Shown one piece after another: positions 28,199 to 38,505 of a DNA stretch of 64,000 bases (within the stretch, counting starts at the first letter, position 1; every line of letters begins with the position of its first letter). The notes under the pieces are model-generated. The model saw nothing but the letters and a program-made list of their open reading frames with translations, was not told the DNA's origin and did not search any database. The stretch spans positions 3,204-67,203 of the forward strand of contig DAIQON010000004.1 in NCBI GenBank assembly GCA_036787835.1, written 5' to 3'. The DNA is from Candidatus Saccharimonadota bacterium. Lineage in GTDB: Bacteria; Patescibacteriota; Saccharimonadia; Saccharimonadales; UBA4665. A program made the position numbers and the translations under genes.

Positions 28199-31100
28199 TT
28201 GGCGAATCAAAGAAAAACATTAACCCCTAAAGACTACGTCCATCTGCATAATCATACGCAGTATAGTCTGCTTGATGGCTTGACTAAAGTTCCAGCACTT
28301 ATCGAGTACGTCAAGGCTCAGGGCATGGAGGCTGTGGCTATTACAGATCACGGCACCCTTAGTGGAATTATCGAGTTTTATAAAGAAGCCAAGAAAAACA
28401 GTATCATTCCCGTTCTGGGCATAGAAACTTACATTGCTGCCAGGTCGTATCTAGATAAAGAAGCCAACCTAGATAAGCCAAATTACCATCTTATCTTACT
28501 AGCGATTAACAATACTGGCTATCAAAACTTAATGAAGTTATCAACTCTTGCTAACCTCGACGGGTTTTATTACAAGCCAAGAATTGATCACGCCTTACTT
28601 GAGGAATATAACGAAGGCCTAGTTTGTCTAAGTGGCTGTATGGGTAGCGAGCTTGGACAAGCATTATCTCAAGGGTTAAAATCAGAAGCTATTAAAACTG
28701 CTAAGTGGTACAAAAAAGTGTTTAAAGACCGCTACTACCTAGAGATTCAGGATCACGGTCACCCAGATCACCCAACATATAACACTGAGCAGGAACAGAT
28801 CAACAACCAACTGATTGAAATTTCAAATGAGCTAGATATACCGGCAGTAGTAACGGCCGACGCCCACTACTTAACCCATGCCGACCAAACAGCTCACGAG
28901 ATTCTACTTTGTGTTCAAACTAACTCATTTCTAGACGACCCTAATAGAATGAGTCTAAAGAATTTTGAATTACACGTTACCGAACCTAAAGAGATTATTA
29001 AACGATGGGGCAAAGACTATCCAGACCTAATAACCAATACTAGAAAGGTAGCCGAGCAAGCTAAGGTAGAAATCCCCTTAGGTAAGATACTTATACCTAA
29101 ATTTCCGGTACCAAAGGATCAAAATGAAAAGTCCTATATTGATCTGTTGGTATTTCAAGGCCTAGCTAAGCGCTACAGTGATATAACTGCCCTTGCTTCA
29201 GAAAAGCTGACGCTAAAACAGGCCAGGGCTAAGTTAACTGCCGAAATCCTTGAACGTGCAGATTATGAGCTAAGTGTTATAGATAAAATGGGCTTTAATG
29301 GCTATTTCCTAATCGTTCAAGATTTTATTAAATGGGGCAAGGATAAAGGTATTATCTTCGGGCCGGGACGTGGCTCAGCCGCTGGATCAATAGTTTCCTA
29401 TGGACTTAGAATCACCGAGATCGATCCACTTGAGTACAATCTGATGTTTGAGCGGTTTTTAAACCCCTCCAGAGTATCGATGCCCGATATTGATATCGAT
29501 ATTCAAGATACAAGGCGTGACGAGGTTATAGCCTACTGTATAGACAAATACGGCAAAGACAAAGTAGCCAACATCGTCACCTTTGGCAGAATGGCGGCTC
29601 GTAATGCAGTCAGGGATGTCTCAAGAGTTCTTCAAGTCCCGTATGCTGATGCCGACAGATTAGCTAAAATGATTCCACAGCCAGTCCAGGGACGTCATAT
29701 ACTGCTAAAAACCTCACTCAAAGAAAATAAAGAGCTGAAAGCCGAGTACAAGAATAATCCAACTGCTAAAAAAGTATTCGACCTCGCTGTTCAGCTTGAG
29801 GGGACAATTAGAAGTCACGGTGTTCATGCTGCCGGCGTCGTCATTGCCCCTGAAGAGATAGTTAAGTACACACCGCTTGAAATGGCTCAAAAGGGTGTGG
29901 TAGCAACTCAGTATCCGATGGGGCCAATTGATGAACTAGGGCTTCTAAAAATCGATTTCCTAGGATTATCTAACCTAACGACAATTAATAACTGCTTAAG
30001 GATCATCAAACGAGTACTTAACAAGGACATCGATATCCTGGAGATTCCAAATGATGATTTAAAGACCTTCGAGCTACTACAGAAAGCCGATACCACTGGT
30101 GTCTTCCAGCTAGAATCAGCTGGCATGAAACGGTACCTAAAAGAATTAAAACCGACTCTTTTTGCTGACATTATCGCCATGGGAGCTTTATACCGACCAG
30201 GTCCAATGTCAGAGATACCGAGGTTTATTAAAGGCAAGAATAATAAGGATAGTATTAGCTACCTCCATAAATCTTTAGAGCCTATTTTAAGCGATACTTA
30301 CGGTGTCATGGTCTACCAGGAGCAGATTACTCAGCTTCTACAGCTAGTTGCTGGATACACCGCCGGTGAAGCCGACTTAGTACGTAAGGCGATTGGTAAG
30401 AAGAATCGTGACATTATGACTGCTGAGGAACCGAAGTTTATTGAAGGCTGTATAAAAAAGGGCTTAACAAAAGATCAGGCAATTACTCTATGGGCTCAAA
30501 TCCAACCCTTTGCTGACTACTCATTTAACAAGGCTCATGCGACCTGTTATGCCCAGATTTCCTACTGGACAGCCTATCTAAAAGCTCATTATCCGCAAGA
30601 ATTCATGGCCGCTTTATTAACGTCAGACTATGACGATATCGATAGGCTAGCAATTGAGATTAATGAGTGCAATCACATGGGGCTTACTGTACTGTCTCCA
30701 GATATCAACCAGTCATTTATTGAGTTTGCCGTTGTCCCTAATGAAAAGAAAATTCGTTTTGGACTAAAAGCGATTAAGAATGTTGGCAGTTCAGCGGCAC
30801 AAGAAATTGTCAGGGCAAAGGAAGATGGAAAATTTGTAAGTCTTGAAGACTATTTGACCCGTGTAAACTCGAAAATAGTAAACCGCAAAGGTCTTGAAAG
30901 TCTGATCAAAACCGGTGGCTTCGATAGTTTTGCCGATCGCCAAGTGTTATTAAATAATATTGATCTACTGCTTGCCTTTGCTTCAAAACAACAAAAGCAG
31001 GCCGACAGTAAACAGCTCGATCTATTTGGAAACGTAATAGATAACCCCGAGACAGTAATCTCTTCAAAACTAGAACTAGATATGACTAATCTGAGTAGTC

Positions 31101-31789
31101 AGGACGATCAAAAGCAATATCTAACTTGGGAGAGGGAGCTTCTAGGCATCTATCTAAGCCAGCACCCCCTTAAAGAGTATGAGGACATTCTCAAGTTCAG
31201 TACTACATCAGTTATAGATATAAGCCGCTTTGTTGATGAACAAAAAGTGACACTTGGCGGCATGATTGGCGATATTCGCGAGATCACCACCAAAAACGGT
31301 CAAAAAATGGCCTTCATTAAATTCGAGGATCTAACTGGCGAGATCGAAATGGTGGCCTTTCCTAAGACTTATCAGACCCTCGAGAGTAAGCTAAAGCGTG
31401 ACAACATTCTGAAAATTATCGGTAAGGTCTCTTCAAGGAGCACCAACCAGGGTGGTGATGGATCTAAAAGTATCATTATTGAGGACGTCTCCGAGCTAAC
31501 TAATTCGAGCGCTAACCAAGCTTTAGCTGGACCAGGAGCTATGGCAGCTGAGACTTCAAAAGAAGATACTGTATATATAAGATTAGCTGACGCCAACGAC
31601 GGTAAACTACTGATTGATCTAAAACGAACGATAGATAAGTTCAGTGGTGCTGGAAAAGTAATTATGGTACTTGGTGAGAAGGAAAATCGTCAAGCAATCA
31701 AAATTCCAGGAGGCTTTGACCATAATAACCCGGATGCGTTTAGTGAACTTAGTCTCGTAGTAGGCCAAGATAACATCAAACTCTGTTAA
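28199..31789 (+). CDS. dnaE: DNA polymerase III alpha subunit
   Basis: 1196 aa with PHP domain (HLHNHTQYSLLDG), polymerase core (GPGRGSAAGS, PDIDIDI) and OB fold. TTG start with GGAGGTG upstream. Confidence 0.97.
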   Translation: MANQRKTLTPKDYVHLHNHTQYSLLDGLTKVPALIEYVKAQGMEAVAITDHGTLSGIIEFYKEAKKNSIIPVLGIETYIAARSYLDKEANLDKPNYHLILLAINNTGYQNLMKLSTLANLDGFYYKPRIDHALLEEYNEGLVCLSGCMGSELGQALSQGLKSEAIKTAKWYKKVFKDRYYLEIQDHGHPDHPTYNTEQEQINNQLIEISNELDIPAVVTADAHYLTHADQTAHEILLCVQTNSFLDDPNRMSLKNFELHVTEPKEIIKRWGKDYPDLITNTRKVAEQAKVEIPLGKILIPKFPVPKDQNEKSYIDLLVFQGLAKRYSDITALASEKLTLKQARAKLTAEILERADYELSVIDKMGFNGYFLIVQDFIKWGKDKGIIFGPGRGSAAGSIVSYGLRITEIDPLEYNLMFERFLNPSRVSMPDIDIDIQDTRRDEVIAYCIDKYGKDKVANIVTFGRMAARNAVRDVSRVLQVPYADADRLAKMIPQPVQGRHILLKTSLKENKELKAEYKNNPTAKKVFDLAVQLEGTIRSHGVHAAGVVIAPEEIVKYTPLEMAQKGVVATQYPMGPIDELGLLKIDFLGLSNLTTINNCLRIIKRVLNKDIDILEIPNDDLKTFELLQKADTTGVFQLESAGMKRYLKELKPTLFADIIAMGALYRPGPMSEIPRFIKGKNNKDSISYLHKSLEPILSDTYGVMVYQEQITQLLQLVAGYTAGEADLVRKAIGKKNRDIMTAEEPKFIEGCIKKGLTKDQAITLWAQIQPFADYSFNKAHATCYAQISYWTAYLKAHYPQEFMAALLTSDYDDIDRLAIEINECNHMGLTVLSPDINQSFIEFAVVPNEKKIRFGLKAIKNVGSSAAQEIVRAKEDGKFVSLEDYLTRVNSKIVNRKGLESLIKTGGFDSFADRQVLLNNIDLLLAFASKQQKQADSKQLDLFGNVIDNPETVISSKLELDMTNLSSQDDQKQYLTWERELLGIYLSQHPLKEYEDILKFSTTSVIDISRFVDEQKVTLGGMIGDIREITTKNGQKMAFIKFEDLTGEIEMVAFPKTYQTLESKLKRDNILKIIGKVSSRSTNQGGDGSKSIIIEDVSELTNSSANQALAGPGAMAAETSKEDTVYIRLADANDGKLLIDLKRTIDKFSGAGKVIMVLGEKENRQAIKIPGGFDHNNPDAFSELSLVVGQDNIKLC

Positions 31790-32718
31790 CGGATAACGCC
31801 ACTAGTTCGAGTTAGTACGTAGCCCGCTGTTATAAGCAGGCAAAGAATTACGTCAAGGGCGTAATGTTTGGCCACAAACTTTTCACTGCCCTTAATAATT
31901 TTCTTGATCTTTCGACTATGTCTAATAATAAACAAGCAGATAAGTATTCCGGTTATGAAGCTAAGTACGCTTAGACTCCAGATTGCCCGACCGCCAGTTA
32001 GCAGCTGAATTCTTGAAACTAAACTAATCGGTGGTTGATCCTTGCTAACAGTCGCACCGGTCGATGCTCCGAGAACCCCACTTGGCGGCGGCGCATTGAA
32101 AGTGATGGTGGTAACGCTACCGCTAACTGCATGGGCATACATGGCAACTACTACTACCTCCGGGCCCTTACCGATATAGTTAGGCGAACTAGCGACGCCG
32201 AAACCAACATCTTGGTAATTCTTATTCAGAATATTAGCTCGATGCTCAGGGCTATTCATCCATCCGATGACCACGCTTTTAGCGTTTGAGAAGCCGTAGG
32301 CTAGATTTTCACCAGCCAGTTGGTAGTTATAGCCTGCTGCGCTAATAAACGAGTATGGAGTCTGTCCAGACGGTGTGTTATGCGACCAATAGTTATTCTT
32401 GACCATATCATTTGCTTTTGCTTGAGCTGCTGATTCTAAAGCACTATTTAGGCTAAGCCCAGGCTCGTTATTCTCAGAGCGATTTGCATTTGTTGTCGAC
32501 AAGAAACTACTATTTGAGAAGCTAGCAACCGAACCAAGAACGCTAGACTTGGGACTTAAGCTATTGCTTATAAGACCGCCCAAAACAAATATCGCTATTA
32601 GTGGAATGTATGGCCAATAAGACTTTACATAAGAACGACCCTTGCGGTGATGAAGAGCTGCCCGCTTTCGCTGAGAAGTTGAAATTTTAGCTCTAGATTT
32701 TGATTTTACTAAAGTCAT
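31786..32718 (-). CDS. CAP (SCP/PR-1-like) domain protein, membrane-anchored
   Basis: 310 aa. Has N-terminal and C-terminal TM helices, with CAP motifs in the N-terminal half (NYWSHNTPSG ... GENLAYG ... GWMNSPEHRANIL). Confidence 0.8.
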   Translation of the reverse strand: MTLVKSKSRAKISTSQRKRAALHHRKGRSYVKSYWPYIPLIAIFVLGGLISNSLSPKSSVLGSVASFSNSSFLSTTNANRSENNEPGLSLNSALESAAQAKANDMVKNNYWSHNTPSGQTPYSFISAAGYNYQLAGENLAYGFSNAKSVVIGWMNSPEHRANILNKNYQDVGFGVASSPNYIGKGPEVVVVAMYAHAVSGSVTTITFNAPPPSGVLGASTGATVSKDQPPISLVSRIQLLTGGRAIWSLSVLSFITGILICLFIIRHSRKIKKIIKGSEKFVAKHYALDVILCLLITAGYVLTRTSGVIR

Positions 32719-32773
32719 TAGTTTTTTTACTTTTATTGGTTATCTAGTGACTACTATATCGATTAATCGCCGT

Positions 32774-33295
32774 TTAGACAAATCTGAGGTAGAACAACAA
32801 CATAGCAGTAGCCTGAACAACATTAAACGATTCCTTTTTACCTAGCATCGGGATTTCAACTAGCTGATCACATAACGCTATGGCTTGGTCGTCAAGTCCA
32901 AGTGGTTCGTTACCGATAATAATCGCTTGCTTGTCTTGAAGCTTATAGTCCATAACCTTAATGCTTAGAGTGCTTTGCTCAAGTCCGACAATATTGTAGC
33001 CCTCAGCTTTAAGCTCGTCTACTATCGTCTCTAGCTCATCAACATGCGACCATTTAATATTATCTTCTGTCTTCAAAGCTGTTTTAGCAATTTGCTTATC
33101 TAGCTTTTCAACAATATGTGGCAGGCGGCTATCTTTTGCTAACCGAGGGTAGGGAGTGTAACCACTTAGAATTAACCGATCTACTGCCAGGCCTTCACAG
33201 GTTCTAAAAAGAGACCCAACATTATGAGCACTCCGAAGGTTGTGAGCAATTACAACGATTGAGCTAAGTTTATTAGAGGTTTTATCCATAAGCAT
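32774..33295 (-). CDS. TrmH/SpoU-family RNA 2'-O-methyltransferase
   Basis: 173 aa with NVGSLFRTCEG and IPMLGKKESFNV SpoU motifs. Confidence 0.85.
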   Translation of the reverse strand: MLMDKTSNKLSSIVVIAHNLRSAHNVGSLFRTCEGLAVDRLILSGYTPYPRLAKDSRLPHIVEKLDKQIAKTALKTEDNIKWSHVDELETIVDELKAEGYNIVGLEQSTLSIKVMDYKLQDKQAIIIGNEPLGLDDQAIALCDQLVEIPMLGKKESFNVVQATAMLLFYLRFV

Positions 33296-33304
33296 TTATA
33301 ATAT

Positions 33305-34918
33305 GTGGTAATGAGTCAAGACGCTAGATTTGATGAAGAACTCGCAACTGCGCGTAGAGCTAGAGTATTAGGCTTTGACTACGTAGATACTTCTTTAATA
33401 GAAAACAAAGATCTATATAAAGAGATTTTACCAGTAGATCAGCTCAAAAGCCTAAGAGTTATTCCTATTCAAGCCGATCAGAACAATATTCAATTCGGAA
33501 TTACAACCACCACCTCGCAGCAAACTCTGCACACGATTCAGTCGAATTTCCAAGATCAAAGGATTAAATTTTCAATTATTTCCGACACTGGTTACCGAGA
33601 CTACATCAAGCTATACGACCCACCACCGGAGATTGTCTACCAGGAAATTAAGATTAATCAAACTGGCGATGAACTAATAAACGAAGTCTCAAGTATTTTA
33701 AATCAGGTTAAGGCTGATGACATGCTGGCTTACCTGGTCGAGCAAGCCCACAAACTCAATGCCTCAGATATCCATATAGAGACCCGTAAAGACGACGTCA
33801 ACATAAGATACCGTATTGATGGTGTACTACATCCAATCGCTAAAATAAATTACGATAAATATCGAGTTTTAATTTCAGCTATTGCCAGTGCTGGCAATAT
33901 ATCGACTTCATCAGATGAAGCACAACAGGGTCACATAGCTCATAAAGTGACTATGGCAGATGGCCATGAGGTTGATGTTAACGTCAGGCTAGAAACCGTG
34001 CAAACGATCAACTCAATGGATGTGGTGATGCGTTTGTTTAACATGGATCAAGCACTCTATACACTAGATAGACTGGGGCTATCACCAGAAGAACGAAAGA
34101 ACGTCGACGATATTATTGCTCAACCCAACGGCCTTGTTATGGTTGTCGGACCAACCGGTTCAGGTAAGACCACCACCCTTTACTCAATGCTTAACTCACT
34201 AAATAACAGTGAGCGTAAAATAATTACTGTTGAAGACCCGGTTGAATATCAGTTTAGTGGCATTACCCAGATTCCAGTACATACCAAAAACGGATCAGGT
34301 CATGATTCACGTTTTGCAGACAAGCTTCTAGCCGTCCTACGACTAGATCCAGATATTGTGATGGTTGGCGAAATAAGAGACATGGATACTGCAAAAACTG
34401 CTCTCCAAGCAGCCTTAACTGGGCACTTGGTGCTTAGTACCTTCCACGCCAGCAGTGCGGCGGCCGCAATAACCCGCCTAGCTGACGTTATCGAACAAAA
34501 CCCGCTATATATCTCATCAATTAGATTAATTATGGCCCAGCGACTAGTACGTAAGCTAGATGAGCAATTAAAAGTTGAGTATCAAGCTAGTGACGCAGAA
34601 CAACGTAAACTAGCAGAAATAATTGATACTCTGCCGCAGAACATTGAACGACCAAGTCTGGAAAATCTAAAACTATATAAGGCCGGTAGTTCACGTGATA
34701 ACCCGTACGGTTTCAAAGGCCAGATAGCTATTCGCGAACAGTTTATAATGACAGATAAAATTAGAACCATCCTTGAACAGCCTGACAGCGTAGTGTCTAC
34801 AGCAAACATCGAACAAGCTGCTATAGACAGCGGTATGAGAACAATGCTTCAAGATGCAGCTCTTAAGGTCATCTCCGGTGAAACGACAATTGAGGAAATG
34901 TACCGAGTACTGGGTTAG
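33305..34918 (+). CDS. pilB: GspE/PilB-family type IV pilus/secretion ATPase
   Basis: 537 aa with N-terminal T2SSE_N-like domain, Walker A GPTGSGKTTT, Asp box, Walker B and His box (TGHLVLSTFH). The start may be ATG 33311 rather than GTG 33305. Confidence 0.9.
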   Translation: MVMSQDARFDEELATARRARVLGFDYVDTSLIENKDLYKEILPVDQLKSLRVIPIQADQNNIQFGITTTTSQQTLHTIQSNFQDQRIKFSIISDTGYRDYIKLYDPPPEIVYQEIKINQTGDELINEVSSILNQVKADDMLAYLVEQAHKLNASDIHIETRKDDVNIRYRIDGVLHPIAKINYDKYRVLISAIASAGNISTSSDEAQQGHIAHKVTMADGHEVDVNVRLETVQTINSMDVVMRLFNMDQALYTLDRLGLSPEERKNVDDIIAQPNGLVMVVGPTGSGKTTTLYSMLNSLNNSERKIITVEDPVEYQFSGITQIPVHTKNGSGHDSRFADKLLAVLRLDPDIVMVGEIRDMDTAKTALQAALTGHLVLSTFHASSAAAAITRLADVIEQNPLYISSIRLIMAQRLVRKLDEQLKVEYQASDAEQRKLAEIIDTLPQNIERPSLENLKLYKAGSSRDNPYGFKGQIAIREQFIMTDKIRTILEQPDSVVSTANIEQAAIDSGMRTMLQDAALKVISGETTIEEMYRVLG

Positions 34919-36063
34919 ACAATTACTTTAGAGATAGCAGGCACCAGCCTCTCATCCAAAACTGATGGAATGATTTCATCTTTGGTTGGCTTTTCCACTA
35001 GAGCTGCGATTACTTCAGCCACTGCAAGCTTATGTTCTAAAGTAATCTTATGCACTTTATTGTCTAGTGCGCCTCGAAATATTCCTGGAAAGGCCAAGGC
35101 ATTATTTACTTGATTGGGAAAGTCGCTCCTACCGGTAGCAATAACCGCTGCTCCAGCCTCATATGCGGCCTCTGGCATAATTTCTGGCAGCGGATTAGCC
35201 ATAGCAAAAACTATCGGGTCTTTCTTCATTAAAGCGATCAGCTGTTTATTCAACAGCCCAGGCTTAGACACGCCAATAAATATGTCTGCTCCAGCTAGTG
35301 CATCCTTCAAGCTTCCACTCAAGTTTTTTGGATTGGTAAACTTTAGTAGTTCAAGTTTTGAACTATTTAGATCAGTTCTCGAGCTTGCAACAATGCCTTT
35401 ACTGTCGACGAGTACAAGTTCAGCCTGAGGAGCATAGGCAGATAATAACTTTGCGATTGCTGTACCGGCTGCTCCAGAACCGACTAAGACGATTTTCGAT
35501 GAGTTAAGTTGCCGATTAGTAATTTTTGTAGCGTTTATAAGGCCAGCAAGAGTGACTATGGCGGTTCCATGCTGATCATCGTGAAACACCGGAATAGGTA
35601 GTTCATCAATTAAGCGCGCTTCAACGTTAAAACAGATTGGGGCAGCTATATCTTCGAGGTTAATTGCACCAAAACTTGGAGCAATTGCTTTGACTGCAGC
35701 GACTATTTCATCTTCTGTGTGGACGTCGAGAACTATTGGTACTGCATCAATGCCAGCAAAATGCTTGAACAACATTGATTTGCCTTCCATGACTGGCAGG
35801 GCGCCATAAGGGCCAATGTCACCAAGACCGAGAACAGCAGAGCCATCGCTAATTACGGCCACGACATTATTAAGCCAAGTATAGTCACGTGCCTTGTCTG
35901 GGTTTTCTGCGACAAACGAACTGACTGCACCAACCCCTGGTGTGTAGTAAATACTTAATTTTTCGCGAGTCGATAAATCATCTTTTAGTTTTATAGATAT
36001 CTTGCCTTTGAGCTGAAGATGCTTTGCAAGCGCTAGTTTAGAGAAATCTGGCATAACAACCAT
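34915..36063 (-). CDS. NAD(P)-dependent malic enzyme (short form)
   Basis: 382 aa with YTPGV, VVAVISDGSAVLGLGD, FHDDQHGTA and GSGAAG motifs. Confidence 0.9.
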   Translation of the reverse strand: MVVMPDFSKLALAKHLQLKGKISIKLKDDLSTREKLSIYYTPGVGAVSSFVAENPDKARDYTWLNNVVAVISDGSAVLGLGDIGPYGALPVMEGKSMLFKHFAGIDAVPIVLDVHTEDEIVAAVKAIAPSFGAINLEDIAAPICFNVEARLIDELPIPVFHDDQHGTAIVTLAGLINATKITNRQLNSSKIVLVGSGAAGTAIAKLLSAYAPQAELVLVDSKGIVASSRTDLNSSKLELLKFTNPKNLSGSLKDALAGADIFIGVSKPGLLNKQLIALMKKDPIVFAMANPLPEIMPEAAYEAGAAVIATGRSDFPNQVNNALAFPGIFRGALDNKVHKITLEHKLAVAEVIAALVEKPTKDEIIPSVLDERLVPAISKVIV

Positions 36064-36132
36064 TCTATCTTATATTAATAATCAAGCCTATAACTACGTA
36101 AGTACTACTTAACCTATATTTCATAAATAAAT

Positions 36133-37938
36133 ATGATTATACTAAGCGCTATGTCCAATAATGAAAAGAAACGAGACAAAGAGGTCACTAACTATACTCA
36201 CCGGTTGTTTTGGGATGCAATGTTTAAGCCTGGTCTAACCCATTTTTTTCTAGCACTGCTTCATTCTCCTTCGTTTTTCCTGACTAATATAGTAATACCG
36301 ATTGAGATTGCCTACGCTGTACAGGCAATCATAGAGCGTAATTTCTCAGCTGTTCCAAAATATGCCCTCTATATACTTATCATAGCTATTGTCGCCAATA
36401 TAATCCTAGCCTTTGCTACATGGGGCTTTAATCGTAACGGAACCAATGGTGGTAAGTACATTCAAAACGTAGTATTTCATAATTATTTATCTAAGGACTT
36501 TGAATTTTACAGTAATAATTTTATTGGGGCTCTAGGTAATCAAGCATCGAGTTTAAGAATTGCTTTCCTAGACTATAATCGAACAATGCTTTTCGACGCG
36601 CCAAGGGCAGCGGTAATCGTAATCGCAGGCATGGCTGTTTTGGCATTTAAATCACCCGAGCTTGCCCTAATAACGGGTGGCTGTATGCTCACTGTGTTTA
36701 GCTTTACTTTCATTACAAGCACCTACCGTCTCAGATATAGAAGGGGCGTAAGTGAAGCAAATAGTGAAGTCTCTTCCGTCTTAGGCGATGCATTATCGCA
36801 CGCAACGGTTGTAAAGAGCTTTGATAATGAGGCCTATGAAGCTAAGAGATTGGCAAAGTCACTTGGAAACTGGAAGAGCGCGCAGCTTAAATCTTGGGAT
36901 TTATTTACGCCAACAAATGCTGGTCGAAATGGGCTATTAGCAGTTTCGATGGCTATTTTGCTGATAGTTTCAGCGAATCTATATAAAAATGGCGCTATAT
37001 CGATTGCCATTATTACACTTGTTCAGCTTTACGTTATACGTTTGATCAACACCACACTAGACATAGCTGAAACAATCAAGAACTATGACGCTCTGATGGG
37101 CATGGCCTATCAACCGGTGGCCACAATGATGATTGAGCCGGAGGTCGTTGATCCAAATGAGCCACAAAAGTTAGCCAGACAAACTGTTGGCGATATTAAT
37201 TTTGAAAAAGTTAGCTATGTATATCCAGAAATGAAAAAAGGCAATCATGCGATCAGCAACTTTAGCTACCTCGTCAAAGGCGGCTCAAAGATTGGCGTAG
37301 TTGGTTATTCAGGAAGTGGCAAGACTACATTGACTAAACTCCTGCTTCGGTTCATGGACGTTGAATCGGGCTCAATCAAAATAAGTGGCGTCGATATACG
37401 CAATCTAAAGCAATCCAACTTGCGAGACTGCATCGCTTATGTACCCCAAGAACCGCTATTGTTTCATCGAAGCATTAAAGACAACATTGCCTATGCTAGA
37501 CCAGAGGCCACTGAGCAAGAAGTTTTAGCAGCTGCTAAGTTAGCTTACGTAGATGAATTCGTTAAAGACCTACCAAAAGGCTATGACACAATGGTCGGCG
37601 AACGAGGCGTAAAACTATCCGGTGGACAACGACAGAGAGTAGCTATTGCCAGAGCTTTACTCAAAGGAGCACCAATACTTGTATTAGACGAAGCAACTAG
37701 TGCTCTAGACAGTCAAAGTGAATACTATATTCAAAAAGCTCTAAGTGAGCTAATGAAAGAACGAACCTCAATAGTTATAGCCCATAGGCTAAGCACGATT
37801 CAAAAAATGGATGAAATTATAGTCATGGACGACGGCATAATTGTTCAAACAGGCACCCATAAACAATTGCTCGACGATAAAAAATCTATCTACGCCAAAC
37901 TATGGGGTCACCAAAGCGGCGGCTATATAGAAGAATGA
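36133..37938 (+). CDS. ABC transporter, fused permease/ATPase (MsbA/exporter type)
   Basis: 601 aa with six N-terminal TM segments, Walker A GYSGSGKTT, signature LSGGQRQR and Walker B ILVLDEATSALD. Confidence 0.9.
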   Translation: MIILSAMSNNEKKRDKEVTNYTHRLFWDAMFKPGLTHFFLALLHSPSFFLTNIVIPIEIAYAVQAIIERNFSAVPKYALYILIIAIVANIILAFATWGFNRNGTNGGKYIQNVVFHNYLSKDFEFYSNNFIGALGNQASSLRIAFLDYNRTMLFDAPRAAVIVIAGMAVLAFKSPELALITGGCMLTVFSFTFITSTYRLRYRRGVSEANSEVSSVLGDALSHATVVKSFDNEAYEAKRLAKSLGNWKSAQLKSWDLFTPTNAGRNGLLAVSMAILLIVSANLYKNGAISIAIITLVQLYVIRLINTTLDIAETIKNYDALMGMAYQPVATMMIEPEVVDPNEPQKLARQTVGDINFEKVSYVYPEMKKGNHAISNFSYLVKGGSKIGVVGYSGSGKTTLTKLLLRFMDVESGSIKISGVDIRNLKQSNLRDCIAYVPQEPLLFHRSIKDNIAYARPEATEQEVLAAAKLAYVDEFVKDLPKGYDTMVGERGVKLSGGQRQRVAIARALLKGAPILVLDEATSALDSQSEYYIQKALSELMKERTSIVIAHRLSTIQKMDEIIVMDDGIIVQTGTHKQLLDDKKSIYAKLWGHQSGGYIEE

Positions 37939-37984
37939 TGAACGTTTACAAAATTTAACTTAAGTTGTATATTATAAAATAATT

Positions 37985-38440
37985 ATGGCAATCGGATTTT
38001 TAGGCGAAGATATTTCAACCCTTGAAGGCAAAGATAGGTTTGTTAAGTTCTACCTCGGTTTTGAGGAACAAGGGGTTGAGGTACCGGCCGAATTTAGTAT
38101 TAAAGAAATGGCTACCAGATTTGCAGATGATGGTATGTCTGAGGAAGTACTAGATATGGTCGATCTGTACAAGCAAGATCTACGACCTGGCGTTAGGAGA
38201 ATGGCGCTGCAAGCCTTGGCTCCATTAATTGATGTTTATCCAGAGTTCTCATACTCAGTTATTATAGAAGGCTTACAGAACCCGAACCCTTATATACGCG
38301 AAGTGACCGGAGACTTCCTGGTAGGAGAGTTTTTTAGAGAAAAAAGGCTAGACCTGTATAGACAAACCTTTGGCGTTAGAGGGCTTCGTGACATTGTTGC
38401 TGCAAGAAATAACGCTGACCTCGAGCAATCTGCTGCCTAA
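37985..38440 (+). CDS. hypothetical protein (151 aa, Arg-rich, possibly HEAT-like helical)
   Basis: ORF only; no recognised motif. Confidence 0.45.
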   Translation: MAIGFLGEDISTLEGKDRFVKFYLGFEEQGVEVPAEFSIKEMATRFADDGMSEEVLDMVDLYKQDLRPGVRRMALQALAPLIDVYPEFSYSVIIEGLQNPNPYIREVTGDFLVGEFFREKRLDLYRQTFGVRGLRDIVAARNNADLEQSAA

Positions 38441-38466
38441 ATAGTAATAAAGACTCAATTAGACAC

Positions 38467-38495
38467 TTGCAGAAAGTCAAGATTTAAGATACAAT
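38467..38495 (+). promoter_or_regulatory. putative rplS promoter, TTGCAG-17-TACAAT, -10 ends 10 nt before the ATG
   Basis: Seen directly; no SD before ATG 38506. Confidence 0.45.
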
Positions 38496-38505
38496 CTATC
38501 AGATT

